From: the human T2T-CHM13v2.0 reference genome, Homo sapiens | Assembly (NCBI RefSeq): GCF_009914755.1 | Contig: NC_060926.1 | Length of the DNA stretch: 64,000 nt | Reading direction: 5' to 3' (one strand) | Shown: piece after piece, positions 1 through 14,634 of the stretch | Layout of the letters: the number at the start of each line of letters is the position of its first letter | Numbering within the stretch: position 1 is the stretch's first letter | Translations under genes and position numbers: made by a program | The notes under the pieces: generated by a model | What the model was told of the DNA's origin: nothing | Database searches by the model: none | Seen by the model: only the letters and a program-made list of their open reading frames with translations

Positions 1-920
1 TTTCCTGCTCTATTGTGTCCTCGTCCCACAGATGAGCCTAGAAATGCCTGACTTGGCTATGTAAAAATACAGAGAACTTGCCACTTTCATGAGAGGCTGA
101 CTGCTCATGAACTGTCACAGGACAGGTGCACTTCATCAGCCTCAGCTCATGCTTTACTCATGGTCTTTGTTGGTTCCTTTGAAAGCAGGATGTGGTTTGC
201 CCCAGCTTCCCTCCTTCTTGGAACCAGCATGTAACGCATACTTGTTTTGAGAGTTTTTTTTTTATTATTATTACTATTGCAGAGAAACAGGGCTTTAAAA
301 AGATTCAAAAGCATTTCAAAACTATGAAAATCTCCCAAATATATAAGTGGTATATGTGGGCTTTGCTGAGATGTCATTGCAGTTTGGCCTGTTTATTGTC
401 ATCTGGTACCTGCTCCATAAGGATGACAGTTATTATTTGTAGAATCATTCCATGAGCCACTTCTAAAGATGCAGCTTTATTAGGCCACTGAAAATGGAAA
501 GATGAGATACAGTCTCTGATCTCACAGAAATTACACTTCAGAAGGGACAGAAATATTTAAGCAAATCAGGGCAATAGGTGTTAAAAATTAAAAAGTGTAT
601 GTGGCATATTGAGGTGGCATAAGTTAGGTATCATTAATAATTTCAAGAATAAAATGATCTTGAATTGAGATTTGGAAAATATAGATATTTGTCAAGTAGG
701 CGAGGCGAGAAAGGGCATTCCAGCATGGGCAATGGTCCAGGTATGTACACACACATACACACTCACACACACATTGGCAAATTTGAGGGAACTGCAAGTA
801 GTTTATTGTGGGTAGAGTAATATAAAATAGAATTGAAAGCAAGTTTTTTAAAATGAGCCTAAGGGAATACGATAGTAGCAAGAGAGAACTTTGTTCAGAA
901 AATTATTGCATACGTTTCTA

Positions 921-1240
921 TTTTTTTTTTCTTGTTTTTGAGACAGGGTCTCACTCAGTCGCCCAGGCTGGAGTGCAGTGGCAAGATCTCAGCTCACTGC
1001 AGCCTTGACCTCCCGAGCTCAAGCGTTCCTGCCACCTCAGCCTCCCAAGTAAGTTTCTGAGACTATAGGTGTGCGACACGAAGCCCAGCTAATTTTTTTT
1101 TTTTTTTTTTTTTTTTTTTGTAGAGACTGGGTTTTGCCATGTTGCTCAGGCTGGTTTTAAACTCCTGAGCTCAAGTGGTCTGCCCACCTCAGCCTCCCAA
1201 AGTGCTAGGATTACAGGTGTGAGCCACCATATCCAGCCAG
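921..1240 (-). mobile_element. Alu (J-like)
   Basis: Dimeric Alu with expanded T linker 1093-1119; TSD gtttctat. Confidence 0.9.
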
Positions 1241-1774
1241 GTTTCTATAGTTTTTTTTTAATAGGTAGCTTTCACATGTGACTCCATGCATCAGAGTAGG
1301 TAATTCAAAGAAGAGAACCTCATCAGTTAAGACTCACAATATCATAAGGTAAAAACTAATCCTTTGCTCAAAAGAATGAGAAAAATATTTACTATAATCC
1401 CAAAGTGTAGTTGTGGTGGCAGAAGGGAAGAAGAGAAAGGAACAGAAATGAAACAAAAATGATCAGGAGGTAGAGTACACTGGACAAAATAACTGTAGGA
1501 TGGCTCCCAGTTTTCTTGCATTGGTGACAAGGAGAATGGAGACACTGTAAGCTAAAGGCAAGAAAGACAGTGAGTTCAGTTGTGGGAATATCAACTGTTT
1601 AATACCCTATGGGGAAATACTAGTAAAGTTGTCCAGTGAGCATCAGGGATGACGAACTCAGATGACAGGCATGATTGGAATTAGAGATATCAAATGAGCT
1701 TATAGTTAGAAGTTGAAGCTAAAAAAAAAAAATGGATAAGCTCAGTCAAATGGGCTTGTAGACTAAGAAAAGAA

Positions 1775-1975
1775 GGTATGTAATGATTAAGAGCATAGGC
1801 TCTGGAGCCAAAATGCTAGCGTCTGGATCATAGCTCCATTACTAGCTAGCCATGTGATCTTAGGCAAATTAACTTCTCTGTTTCAGTTCCTGCAATTATG
1901 AGGTTGTGAAAATTAACTGAGTTATTTTATGTAATGTACTTAGAAGTGTGCCTGACCCATAGTAAATATTCAATA
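1775..1975 (+). mobile_element. MIR
   Basis: Core tgtgatcttaggcaaattaacttctctgtttcagttcc; 3' end gtgcctgacccatagtaaatattcaataa. Confidence 0.75.
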
Positions 1976-2207
1976 ATCTGTGAAGAGAGAAAATGGGGAC
2001 ATGGGAAAAGAGAGAGGCAGAGACAGAAAAAGATTGGTGAGAAAGACAGCCAAGGAAAAAAGCGCAATGAAAAGCAGTATACAAGCAGTGGACAAAGAGA
2101 AGGGGGCTATAAGAAAGGCTGGAAAGGTGCTAAAGGACGAAAGAAATTAAAACCAGCAAGGAATGTAAGAATCTCAAGATGAAGTGTTGGTTCAAAAGTT
2201 GGATCTT

Positions 2208-2648
<441 letters not shown>

Positions 2649-3261
2649 TTACCTACTTGTGTGTGTACCTAATAGAATTTTTCTTGATATGAAGGTGCAA
2701 CATGAAGATTTAGCATTTTCTTTCAATTTAGTCAGCTTCCTGTTTTTCATGCAAATTGGTCTGGAGAGAGCCGTTTTAAGTAGATAAAACAAATTCGCAA
2801 AAATTGTATTACTTGTATTATCACCTTCCCCAGTTCCACCACTATCAGTCAACATCGCCTGCTCTTTCCCAAGGATAACAGTGATGATGGCAGAGAAACA
2901 GCAGAGACAATAAGAAAATGCCAAAACAAAAATATAAGAAGATAGAATAAGAACCTGTCTCAATAACTCCACAGCGCTGGAGCGGGAACATCTGTGTATG
3001 TGAAAATGTGTTAGGATATGTGTTTCACATGCCGATTTCCAGGCCCTGCTTTCAGAGAGATCAGGGAATCTGGATTCTAACACATCTTCCATGTGATTCT
3101 GATGCAAGCAGCCTAGGAAGCTGACTTTTCAAAATAATCACTCAGAAGTGTGTAAATATATTGAGTAAATATACTTTCATTATAAGATCAGAGATAACAC
3201 AAAAGCAAGGCAAGATATTTCATGGTACTTAGTCCCACACTTAAAGTATTCCTAAACAGAA

Positions 3262-3392
3262 GTGTTTCTCAAGCTTTAAGGATTGTTAAAATACAGATTG
3301 CTGAGCCCCACACTATTTCTGACTCCGTAGGTCTAGAATGTGGTCCAAGAATTAGCTGTAACACGCTCACGGGTGACCGTGTGTTGAGAACT
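3262..3392 (+). mobile_element. MER5A-like hAT-Charlie fossil
   Basis: agtgtttctcaa...cagattgctgagcccca...ttctgactccgtaggtct...ttgagaac. Confidence 0.6.
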
Positions 3393-3412
3393 CCTGCTTC
3401 ATTGAATTCTAG

Positions 3413-3851
3413 CAGTCCCTGGGTGTGCGTGGCCTTAGGGTAGGCGGGTAACAGGGATGAGTCCCAGGACACCGCGCACCCCCCCGCCCCCCTCCCCCCA
3501 CTTCCCCCGCCCTCTCCACCCACCGCCACCCCCCACCCGCTCCCCACCCCGCCTCTCCCCACCCCCTAGGGCCCCCCGCCCCTCCCCATCCCCCCATCCC
3601 CCGCCCCCACACCTCCCCCGCCCCCCACACCTCCCCGGCCCCTCCGCCCCCCCCGCCCCCGCACAACGTCAAATCCGCACATACACAAGTCTTGCAGTTG
3701 ACCCTGCCCAAGCTGTGAATGTGAAATGCTGGCCCTCCATACACACAGGGTTCCTATCCCACCAATGCTGTTTTCCATCAGCATTTGGTTGAAAAGAATC
3801 CGCGTATAAGCAAGCCTGCGCAGTTCAAACCCCTGTTGTTTAGAGTCAACT
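3413..3851 (-). mobile_element. MER8 (Tigger-family MITE) split by a C/G-rich expansion
   Basis: The minus strand reads agttgactctaaacaacaggggtttgaactgcgcag...ttatacgcggatt..., resembling the recalled MER8 consensus; the other end lies at about 3413-3470. Confidence 0.75.
3478..3661. repeat. C-rich low-complexity tract (G-quadruplex/i-motif potential)
   Basis: About 185 bp of C runs separated by 1-4 nt; sub-repeat cccccacacctcccc. Confidence 0.95.
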
Positions 3852-3932
3852 TACTTTGCTCTCCTCTGTCAGCAATATGAAGAAAATCATGCTGGTCATT
3901 ATATATATATATTTTTAAAACATTAAAAAATA

Positions 3933-4070
3933 GGCTGGGCATGGGGCTCACACCTGTAATTCTAGCACTTGGGGAGGCGAGGCGGGAGGATTGCTTGAGC
4001 CCAGGAGTTCCAGACCAGCGTGGGCAACACAGACACTGTCTCTATTAAAAAAAAAAAAAAAAAAAAAAAA
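3933..4070 (+). mobile_element. Alu monomer (FLAM-like)
   Basis: Left monomer followed by a pure A tail. Confidence 0.85.
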
Positions 4071-4092
4071 GCATAAAAGATAAAGTAATTCT

Positions 4093-4398
4093 TTGTTTGT
4101 TTGTTTGTTTGTTTTTGAGACGGAGTCTCACTCTGTCACCCAGGCTGGAGTGCAGTGGCGTGATCTCCACTCACTGCAACCTCCGCCTCCCGGGGTTCAA
4201 GTGATTCTTCTGCCTCAGCCACCCGAGTGACTGGGATTACAGGCACCCGCCACCACGCCTGGCTAATTTTTATATTTTAGTAGAGATGGGGTTTCACCAT
4301 GTTGGCCAGGCTGGTCTTCAACTCCTGACCTCAAGTGATCCGCCAGCCTCAGCCTCCCAAAGTGCTGGGATTGCTGGCGTGAGCCACCTCGCCCAGCC
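4093..4398 (-). mobile_element. Alu (S-like)
   Basis: Dimer with (TTTG)n tail; flanking direct repeat ataaagtaattct. Confidence 0.95.
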
Positions 4399-5050
4399 GA
4401 AAAATAAAGTAATTCTGATCCATGGTGGTAAGTGTCACACAGCCTTATATACTAAAGCAGGAGAATGATTTCACACATGGATTATATCAGGTGGTCTCAA
4501 GGCCAGCCCAGGTAGGTCAAAGTGCAGACGTGAAGATTTTGCTCCTTCAGTTACATCGCAGTGGTTTTGCACAGCCATCCTAAAACTTCCCTGAGAGGGT
4601 TTAAATGACACATGTAAGGTACTGGGTTCAGCCTTAGCAAAAGATGTTGTTTCAATTTGAGCATACGTCAGGAGAGAAATAGTTTGAGAATTATTTCTCC
4701 TCCCTAACACTTGGATGTTGTGTAAGAACTCAAAATGAAGATTCAGTTAATGATAAAAATCAGCTTACTGTTCTCGTAAATGACTTATTTTCTAACTATG
4801 ATTCATAATTACATACTTGCATAGCGTGTGTTCAACATGACTGTACTGTGATTCTTTCTAGCAACTAGTTTTATATTCCTTTAAAATGAAAAACCTGAAA
4901 ATGTTTTTGTATGATGCATTTATTGTAACAAATTTAAGTGTAGGATTCCTTCATAATTGTACATTTCATCCTTTTTTTATAGTAAGTGCTTTTTCACAAA
5001 TATATATTACATGCTGACTTTCAAATAAGAAAGGCTATCACAGGAAATAA

Positions 5051-5504
<454 letters not shown>

Positions 5505-6150
5505 TGACCTCAATTACATAGTCACGAGTATTTTTTTAGGTGAATTTAAGGCAAACAGGTTTTTTAAACAAAATTACTGGCGATGAGAGTGGAAAGTAAT
5601 TACCATTTTATCCCTCCACTCTCACACTGGCTTAGAGAATAAGAGTGGTTTACCTCACAGGTGTTTTAGACGCAAACCCAGTGGTTCTGATCTAATCACT
5701 CCAGCATAACGATGGGATTTCTGGAACCCCATGGGTGTCCAAAGGTGCTTCTGTCAAGGGAATAATGGCCACAGTGTGAGCTGCCAAATAGCAATAGCTT
5801 TTCAAGATGCCTTCTAAGCTGCAGTAGAAGGAAAAGAGAATTCCTTCTTTCTTTAAAAAAAAAATTTTTTTGATTACCATTATAAAGAAAAACAAAAAAA
5901 GTATAAGTTGTTTTTAAAATTAAAGTAATATATATGGTTTTTTAAAGTATTAAAAGAAAAATGGTTTTCCTTTTTATTTTTCATAACACTCGCTCCTCAG
6001 AATTAACCATAGTTAATAGTTGTTTGGTATATATACACATAAAAATATTTTGCATACATCCCAGGTAATACACCTTTCCTTTGTCTCATTCACACAAGTG
6101 CAGTCATACCATACCATAGCTTTACATCTTGTTGAAAAACATATCTTGGG

Positions 6151-6765
<615 letters not shown>

Positions 6766-7509
6766 TCTTTTATTCACTGGTTCTTTTCTTAATCGTTGCT
6801 TCCAGCTACAGTAAGAGAAGGGGCGTATTCCAAATACTGGCAAGAACCCATCTACTGCCTGTAGAATTCTCCTCCACTTGTCAGTGTACCAAAGGACTTG
6901 CTGAATTCTGGTGATAACTCTCAAAGGCATCTATCTAATTTCACTAGTCAGTTTATCATGTAAATACATATTTAGCATATTTATCAAAGGATACCCACCA
7001 TATGCTAGTTTCCCTAGAGCTTACTGATAATCTCGAATTTTTCAATCTGTCCTATATTTTATTTTGTCCTTGGGAAATACATAGTCCCAGTATCTGGATG
7101 GTAATAATAAATAATAATAGCTCCCTTATATTAGACGATTGCTCTAGGAACTCAGAACGTATTATACACATTATCTCATTAATCATAAAGCACCCCTTTA
7201 AGGTTGGCATTTTCATCTGTATTTCAAAATAACATAGAGCTTGAGCCACAGACTGTTAAGAATTTCCCTTAAGGGTCTTCATGAATTAATCAGTTTTATA
7301 TGTTCTGGCCTTCTGATTTGAGTTCAGCAAAGTTCATGACAGAGGCTCTCTGAGTTCTCTTCATTAAGGAAAGTCTCAATGCTTTTATAAAACTATAACA
7401 AGCAAAATGGAGCAGAGGTCTCCAGAGGCAAAAGGGAAGGTTGTGAACTACTTTTCTCAAAGGATTTTACCATCTTCAATTAAACAATTACAAAGGAACT
7501 AAAAATCAG

Positions 7510-9557
7510 CCTCTCCCTCTCCCTCTCCCTCTCCCTCTCCCTCTGTCTCCCGTCTCCCGTCTCCCGTCTCCCGTCTCCCGTCTCCGTCTCCCCATGGTCT
7601 CCCTCTCATGCGGAGCCGAAGCTGGACTGTACTGCTGCCATCTCGGCTCACTGCAACCTCCCTGCCTGATTCTCCTGCCTCAGTCTGCCGAATGCCTGCG
7701 ATTGCAGGCACGCACCGCCACGCCTGATTGGTTTTGGTGGAGACGGGGTTTCGCTGTGTTGGCCGGGCCGGTCTCCAGCCCCTAACCGCGAGTGATCCGC
7801 CAACCTCGGCCTCCCGAGGTGCCGGGATTGCAGACGGAGTCTCGTTCACTCAGTGCTCAATGGTGCCCAGGCTGGAGTGCAGTGGCGTGATCTCGGCTCA
7901 CTACAACCTACACCTCCCAGCCGCCTGCCTTGGCCTCCCAAAGTGCCGAGATTGCAGCCTCTGCCCGGCCGCCACCCCGTCTGGGAAGTGAGGAGTGTCT
8001 CTGCCTGGCCGCCCATCGTCTGGGATGTGAGGAGCCCCTCTGCCTGGCTGCCCAGTCTGGAAAGTGAGGAGCGTCTCCGCCCGGCCGCCATCCCATCTAG
8101 GAAGTGAGGAGCGCCTCTTCCCAGCCGCCATCACATCTAGGAAGTGAGGAGCGTCTCTGCCCGGCCGCCCATCGTCTGAGATGTGGGGAGCGCCTCTGCC
8201 CCGCCGCCCCATCTGGGATGTGAGGAGCGCCTCTGCCCGGCCGAGACCCCGTCTGGGAGGTGAGGAGAGTCTCTGCCCGGCCGCCCCGTCTGAGAAGTGA
8301 GGAGCCCCTCCGCCCGGCAGCTGCCCCGTCTGAGAAGTGAGGAGCCTCTCCGCCCAGCAGCCACCCCATCTGGGAAGTGAGGAGCGTCTCCGCCCGGCAG
8401 CCACCCCGTCCGGGAGGGAGGTGGGGGGGGTCAGCCCCCCGCCCGGCCAGCCGCCCCATCCGGGAGGGAGGTGGGGGGTCAGCCCCCCCGCCCGGCCAGC
8501 CGCCCCGTCCGGGAGGGAGGTGGGGGGGTCAGCCCCCCGCCCGGCCAGCCGCCCCGTCCGGGAGGGAGGTGGGGGGGGGTCAGCCCCCCTGCCCGGCCAG
8601 CCACCCCGTCCGGGAGGTGAGGGGCGCCTCTGCCCAGCCGCCCCTACTGGGAAGTGAGGAGCCCCTCTGCCCGGCCAGCCGCCCCGTCCGGGAAGGAGGT
8701 GGGGGGGGTCAGCCCCCCGCCCGGCCAGCCGCCCCGTCCGGGAGGGAGGTGGGGGGGGTCAGCCCCCCCGCCCGGCCAGCCGCCCCGTCCGGGAGGTGAG
8801 GGGCGCCTCTGCCCGGCTGCCCCTACTGGGAAGTGAGGAGCCCCTCTGCCCGGCCAGCTGCCCCGTCCGGGAGGGAGGTGGGGGGGGTCAGCCCCCCTGC
8901 CCGGCCAGCCGCCCCGTCCGGGAGGTGAGGGGCACCTCTGCCCGGCCGCCCCTACTGGGAAGTGAGGAGCCCCTCTGCCCGGCCACCGCCCCTTCTGGGA
9001 GGTGTGCCCAGTAGCTCATTGAGAACGGGCCAGGATGACAATGGCGGCTTTGTGGAATAGAAAGGCGGGAAAGGTGGGGAAAAGATTGAGAGATCGGATG
9101 GTTGCCGTGTCTGTGTGGAAGGAAGTAGACATGGGAGACTTTTCATTTTGTTCTGCACTAAGAAAAATTCCTCTGCCTTGGGATCCTGTTGATCTGTGAC
9201 CTTACCCCCAACCCTGTGCTCTCTGAAACATGTGCTGTGTCCACTCAGGGTTAAATGGATTAAGGGCAGTGCAAGATGTGCTTTGTTAAACAGATGCTTG
9301 AAGGCAGCATGCTCCTTAAGAGTCATCACCAATCCCTAATCTCAAGTAACCAGGGACACAAACACTGCGGAAGGCCGCAGGGTCCTCTGCCTAGGAAAAC
9401 CAGAGACCTTTGTTCACTTGTTTATCTGCTGACCTTCCCTCCACTATTGTCCCATGACCCTGCCAAATCCCCCTCTGTGAGAAACACCCAAGAATTATCA
9501 ATAAAAAAATAAATAAATAAATAAAAATAAAAATAAAAATAAAAAATAAAAAAAAAT
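7510..9557 (+). mobile_element. Full-length SVA retrotransposon, SVA_F-like
   Basis: (CCCTCT)n plus (CCCGTCT)n head 7510-7590; antisense Alu-like domain to about 7960; GC-rich VNTR about 7960-9000; SINE-R to AATAAA at about 9500; patterned A tail; TSD aaaaatcag at 7501-7509 and 9558-9566. The F-like call rests on recalled diagnostics (tcatgcggagccgaagc, caccaatccct, gaattatcaataaa). Confidence 0.97.
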
Positions 9558-9959
9558 AAAAATCAGGCCACAGGTGGGGAAGAAATCACATTGTAGATTA
9601 AAGTTTACATTAATTTTAAGATCCAGGAGATTTTCATGGTGGTAATTTAAATGAGACAACTAAACCTATAAAATTTCATGAGACACTCTCAAGCTTTGAT
9701 CAGATTGGAATAGAAGGGGATGAACTGAAAGTTTTGCTAGGTTGGTTAGACAAGATGTAGGGGAAAACCTGTTACATAGGCCACGTGAGGCCTAATAACA
9801 AACTTGGCAGAACTGTCTGACAATGACACCAAGTGAAACGCTCCATTCAGCACCACCATTGGGAAATCTAGGACTGGTTGCATGGAATTTCTGGCCTGAC
9901 ACATAGAAGATCTCCTACAGAAGCCGCATGTGGACCAAGAAAGACATTGACAGGACTCT

Positions 9960-10192
9960 GTAGCATTTCCTTCAAGTTTATTAAATTGTCAGCTACGTGT
10001 ATACAGTGGATTGTTCCATTGTTGCATTTCTATTCTTCTCTCATGAAAGTTAAGATTCTGAAGATACACAAAAAGGTGAAAATGCCTTTCACACAGGAAT
10101 CCCACTCAGGGATCCTCTTCCTGTAGTTCTGCGGTTTTAGTAAGGGCTGCCATTGCCTCCTCCTGTTAGAATTTGCAGCAGAATCCTGTGGC
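9960..10192 (-). ncRNA. Candidate terminal exon of a minus-strand lncRNA
   Basis: Acceptor catttcctcttcccag|G at 10193/10192; AATAAA on the minus strand at 9977-9982; no long ORF. Confidence 0.3.
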
Positions 10193-11212
10193 CTGGGAAG
10201 AGGAAATGCACTATAGTGAATAGAAAAAAATAATACAAAATCCCATAAATAAAATCCCCTCTCTTGCTTTATAACTTCAGTCAAGAGTGACTTGTGAACT
10301 AGTAGCAGAGCTCAAAAGACAGTATACAGACTTTTTTCCAGAAAGAATGCTGGGACAGAAGTTTTTAGCATTTCAAACACTAAAATAGACCGAAGAAATT
10401 CAAAAAAATAATGTGCAAAATATCGTGGGCTTCAGTTAGCAGAACTGATTTGCTTTCTATAGCAGCAAAATTAGATGTGACTATCTTCAATGCTATGAAC
10501 AATGGAGCTTAGCTACATAGCTCATATTTGTGCTAATTTCAGTGCATTAAAAGGTTTTTCATTGTTTTTATTGTTTCAAGCTACTCATAAATATGCACAC
10601 TCAAGTAGCTGTACTGAAAAATTATGCCATGTTTGATGAAAAAGCTTCTTAAGATCACATACAATTGGTATCTCCGACACTTGAAAGATATCCTACATGT
10701 GAAGCAGTTGCTTTAAACACACACATGCACATACTAAGCTGTCCTCACTAGGAAGAGGCAAGGTCAGACTCCAGCGGGTTCCTGTCTCCTGTAGGGTTTG
10801 TCATTAGAGAACAAAGGCAAATTGCCAGTGCTTATGTACATGAATTGTCTTTATCCTCCTTTGTTTTGGTTATGGGGCCTATCCTAGTGATTTTACAAGA
10901 TGCCTGCTGTGTTCCTGAGAAAATAAAATGTGCAAAGCTTGCTTCCCTTCAGCTTGTCCATACCCATGGAAGACATCTTGAGTGATTAATTGCTGAACTC
11001 TTAACTGCTCCTCTCTCCATTCCTTTGGTAGTTTGGTGTTAATCACAACCAAGTTGTCCTTTCAAGTGAAAATGCTGGCAGGTCCCTTTAGGTTTTATTG
11101 GGCCCCAGAGACATTTGGCCTAATCTGAATCTAAAGCTTAATTTCCAAAATTTAATCGATCTGATCTTTTTTTTTTAAGCCACTCATACTGACAACAATA
11201 TAGATGACCTTT

Positions 11213-11567
<355 letters not shown>

Positions 11568-12689
11568 TTAAAGATCCTTTTAGGCAATTTCAGTGGTTTG
11601 GGAGAACATTCAGTGCAGAAATCTTTGTATTCTCTAAAACTGGGAGACCTTTGTATAGACTCACACAATGAAATACATTTAGCACTAGAAGGGATCTCAA
11701 AATCATCTATTACAGGCCTATTGTTTTATCAGATAAAATTTCCATGATATAATTTTTTTCTAAATATGTATATTTTGGATAAAGTAATATAAGCATATAG
11801 TTCAAATGTCAAAAGGTACAAAACACTGAACAGTGAAAAATAAATGTCTCCCACTCCTAGTCACCCAGTTAGCATCTTTGGAGGAAACCACTGTCACCAG
11901 AGATAGTCTATGCGTGCTATGATATCCTTTCAGCAAGAGCTTCAGACCTAGCAAGACCAGAGAGGTCATAAATTAATTGTATTTGGAATTATCATAAAGT
12001 AATAGTAGACCTTTTAACTTCAATCTCAACTCTCATTACTTACTAACTTGAACAAGTTAATTAATGTCTCTTCCTCAATTTCCTCATCTGTATGATAGAA
12101 CTAATGATACCCACCAGTCAGGATTGTCAGGATTATGTGAGGTAATGTACCAAAGTCCCAGATACATACCTTAATTTTGACTATGGGAAAATATAATCTT
12201 TTTTTTTTTCTTAAATCTATCTGCATTCTAAATGTAGAGGACACAGTTTCATTAAGGTAGGAATGAGGATAACTATACAAAATATATAATAAGGAAAAAT
12301 ATGGTATGATGTCTGTTTGCATAGCACTATCAGTTTATTTTTCCCAGCCTTGATGAAGTTGATTGGCTTCTTCCTTAATCACTTTCATTTCATTAATAGT
12401 TGTCTTTCATCTTCTCCAAGAGCACATCACACAACCTGAAAGTCAGAGGTCTCCCTGAAATCCACTACTTTCGAAGATTGTATGCTGATCATATTACTGA
12501 GAGAGTTCAAGAGGAGGGAACTTATCACTTAATAAATTTCGGTGATGCAACTAATGTGTCCTAGGCATTCTGCTAGGTGGTACAGAACCAAGCAAAACAC
12601 AATGGACAAGATGGTACTAACGACTGTTCTACTTAGGGAGCCAGGAAATTCAAGGGATTGCTTTGTCTCCTAAGACCTAGAAAATCATT

Positions 12690-13960
12690 AATCTCACTCA
12701 AATTTAAGAGTTCAGTTACAAGTAAAAGGAAATCCAATCAAACAACTTAAACAACCAAGGGAATGTATTGGCCGATGTGACTGACGAACCAAAAACTGGG
12801 CAGATTTTAACAAAACCAGTAGTCCCATAATGTCAATAAAGACCTGCTTTCTTTCCACTGCTGCACTCTATCTCCTGTGAAGCAGTTTTCGTCTTAGGCT
12901 GCGTCTTCTAGTGTAGTCAGAAGCAACCACAGTTACATGCTTCCTAGTTCATATCTACAAAAGCAGAGAGTACCTTTGAAGCAACTCCCATGGATCAGAC
13001 AAGAATTTTCTTTTCCAAAAACTTCAGCAATTGGCTGGCAGTGGTGACTCAGGCCTTTCACCCTAGCACTTTGGGAGGCTGAAGTGGGCAGAACACTTGA
13101 GCTCAGGAGTTAGAGACCAACCTGGGCAACATAGGGAGACCCTATATCTACAAAACATCAAAAAAATTAGCCGGGTATGGTGGCCCCCTCCTGTGGTCCC
13201 AACTTCTTGGGAGGCTGAGGTGGGAGGACCACTTGAGCCCAGGAGATCGAAACTGCACTGAGCCATGATCCCGCCATTGCCCGTCAGCCTGGATGACAGA
13301 GCGAAACCCAGTCTCAAAAACAAAAAAAAAAAAACAAACAAAACTCCAGCAACTGTCTCCTTTATTGTCCATTAATGGTTCACATGCCTACTCTGAATCA
13401 GTCACATGGACAGAATGATGTAATAATGCTGATTAGTGTAAGACAAACAGGTTCTCTGGAGGTGGGCAATCCAGCCCAAGCCATGCTCAAAAACATACTG
13501 TTTGTTTAAAGTAGAAAAGGCTCTGGATGGTGAGAAGGGATTTTACAAATGTCAGTGTAAGCTCTTGCTACTGCTTCTCTCTGCATGTCTATTCTAGGTT
13601 GCTCTTGTAGGCTGGCTCCACATGTAAGGATTTTACTTTGGGTTCCCTCATAATTTAATGTTCATGTAGCTGAAGCTTGCCATAGAGGTCTCACACTAAA
13701 TACCTGTGACCCGACAACTCCAATTCTCATCACTTAACTATGACTTTTGTGTCTCAGTGAAATTTTTTCAAACAATATCATCTAGTTGGCTTGGCCTAAC
13801 CTATGGATCGACTCTCAGAGTAGGTCTCCCCACCCTGGTCCAATCATCATAACCAGGGAGTAGGGTCATATGATATAAACATAGATGACTAGGCCCATCT
13901 GTTCAGCAGGGGAACAGATTCTTTTAGAAGGGAATGTGGGCAGAAAGGCAATTATATACA
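12690..13960. mobile_element. MLT1-like (MaLR) LTR remnants interrupted by Alu
   Basis: agttacaagtaaaaggaaatccaatcaaacaacttaaacaaccaagggaatgtattgg and cacatgcctactctgaatcagtcac motifs; degraded. Confidence 0.45.
13032..13343 (+). mobile_element. Alu (J-like)
   Basis: Dimer; flanking repeat aactycagcaa. Confidence 0.92.
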
Positions 13961-14363
13961 TCTCTAACCAGAAAAATCCCAGGGGTGGAAATGATAGGAA
14001 GAAATGGCACCAAATTTAAAGATAAAAGAAAAGCTGCCACTGTAATTCAAAATTAGACAATGTAACTGATCATAGACTTTTGCTATAATCGCTATTTTGG
14101 CCTTATAATCTCTGAAATTTACTTTACAGAACAGTGAAACACTTCTTTGAGGAGAAACATTATAGAAGAAAACAATCTTTGATCTAGAAACCTAAAAAGA
14201 TATTTATGCTCATTATATTCCAGGTGCTGAAGAGTGTCAAAGCACAGCTAAATATTATGCCATTTGTGCAGACTCGGAATGAGTTTAAGCACTGAAAGAG
14301 CTACCAGAATACCCCAGCAGAACATCTCAAAACAAAGCATTATTTCTCTCTTAAGAAAATTAC

Positions 14364-14634
14364 CAGGCTGGGCACGGTGGCTCACACCTGTAATCTCAGC
14401 ACTTTGGGAGGACGAGGCAGGCGGATCTACCTGAGGTGAGGGGTTCGAGACCAGCCTGCCCAATGCGGTGAAACCCCGTCTCTACTAAAACTAAAAAAAA
14501 TAGCTGGGTGTGGTGGCGGGCACCTGTAATCCCAGCTACTCAGGAGGCTGAAGCAGGGAGAATTGCAGTGAGCCGGATTGCACCGCTGCACTCCAGCCTG
14601 GGCGACAGAGTGAGACTCCATCTCAAAAAAAAAA
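14364..14634 (+). mobile_element. Alu (S-like) with right-arm internal deletion
   Basis: gagaattgcagtgagcc junction; TSD gaaaattacc. Confidence 0.9.

Noticed and set aside
2649-3107. 152-aa minus-strand ORF with a hydrophobic stretch
   Set aside because: Starts in a MER5-like remnant, no recognisable domain, composition reflects T-rich DNA.
3269-3792. Gly-rich and Pro-rich ORFs
   Set aside because: Translations of the C/G low-complexity tract.
7960-9000. Regularly spaced repeats resembling a CRISPR array, with many overlapping Pro/Gly/Arg-rich ORFs
   Set aside because: This is the SVA VNTR: no unique spacers, no cas genes, eukaryotic context.
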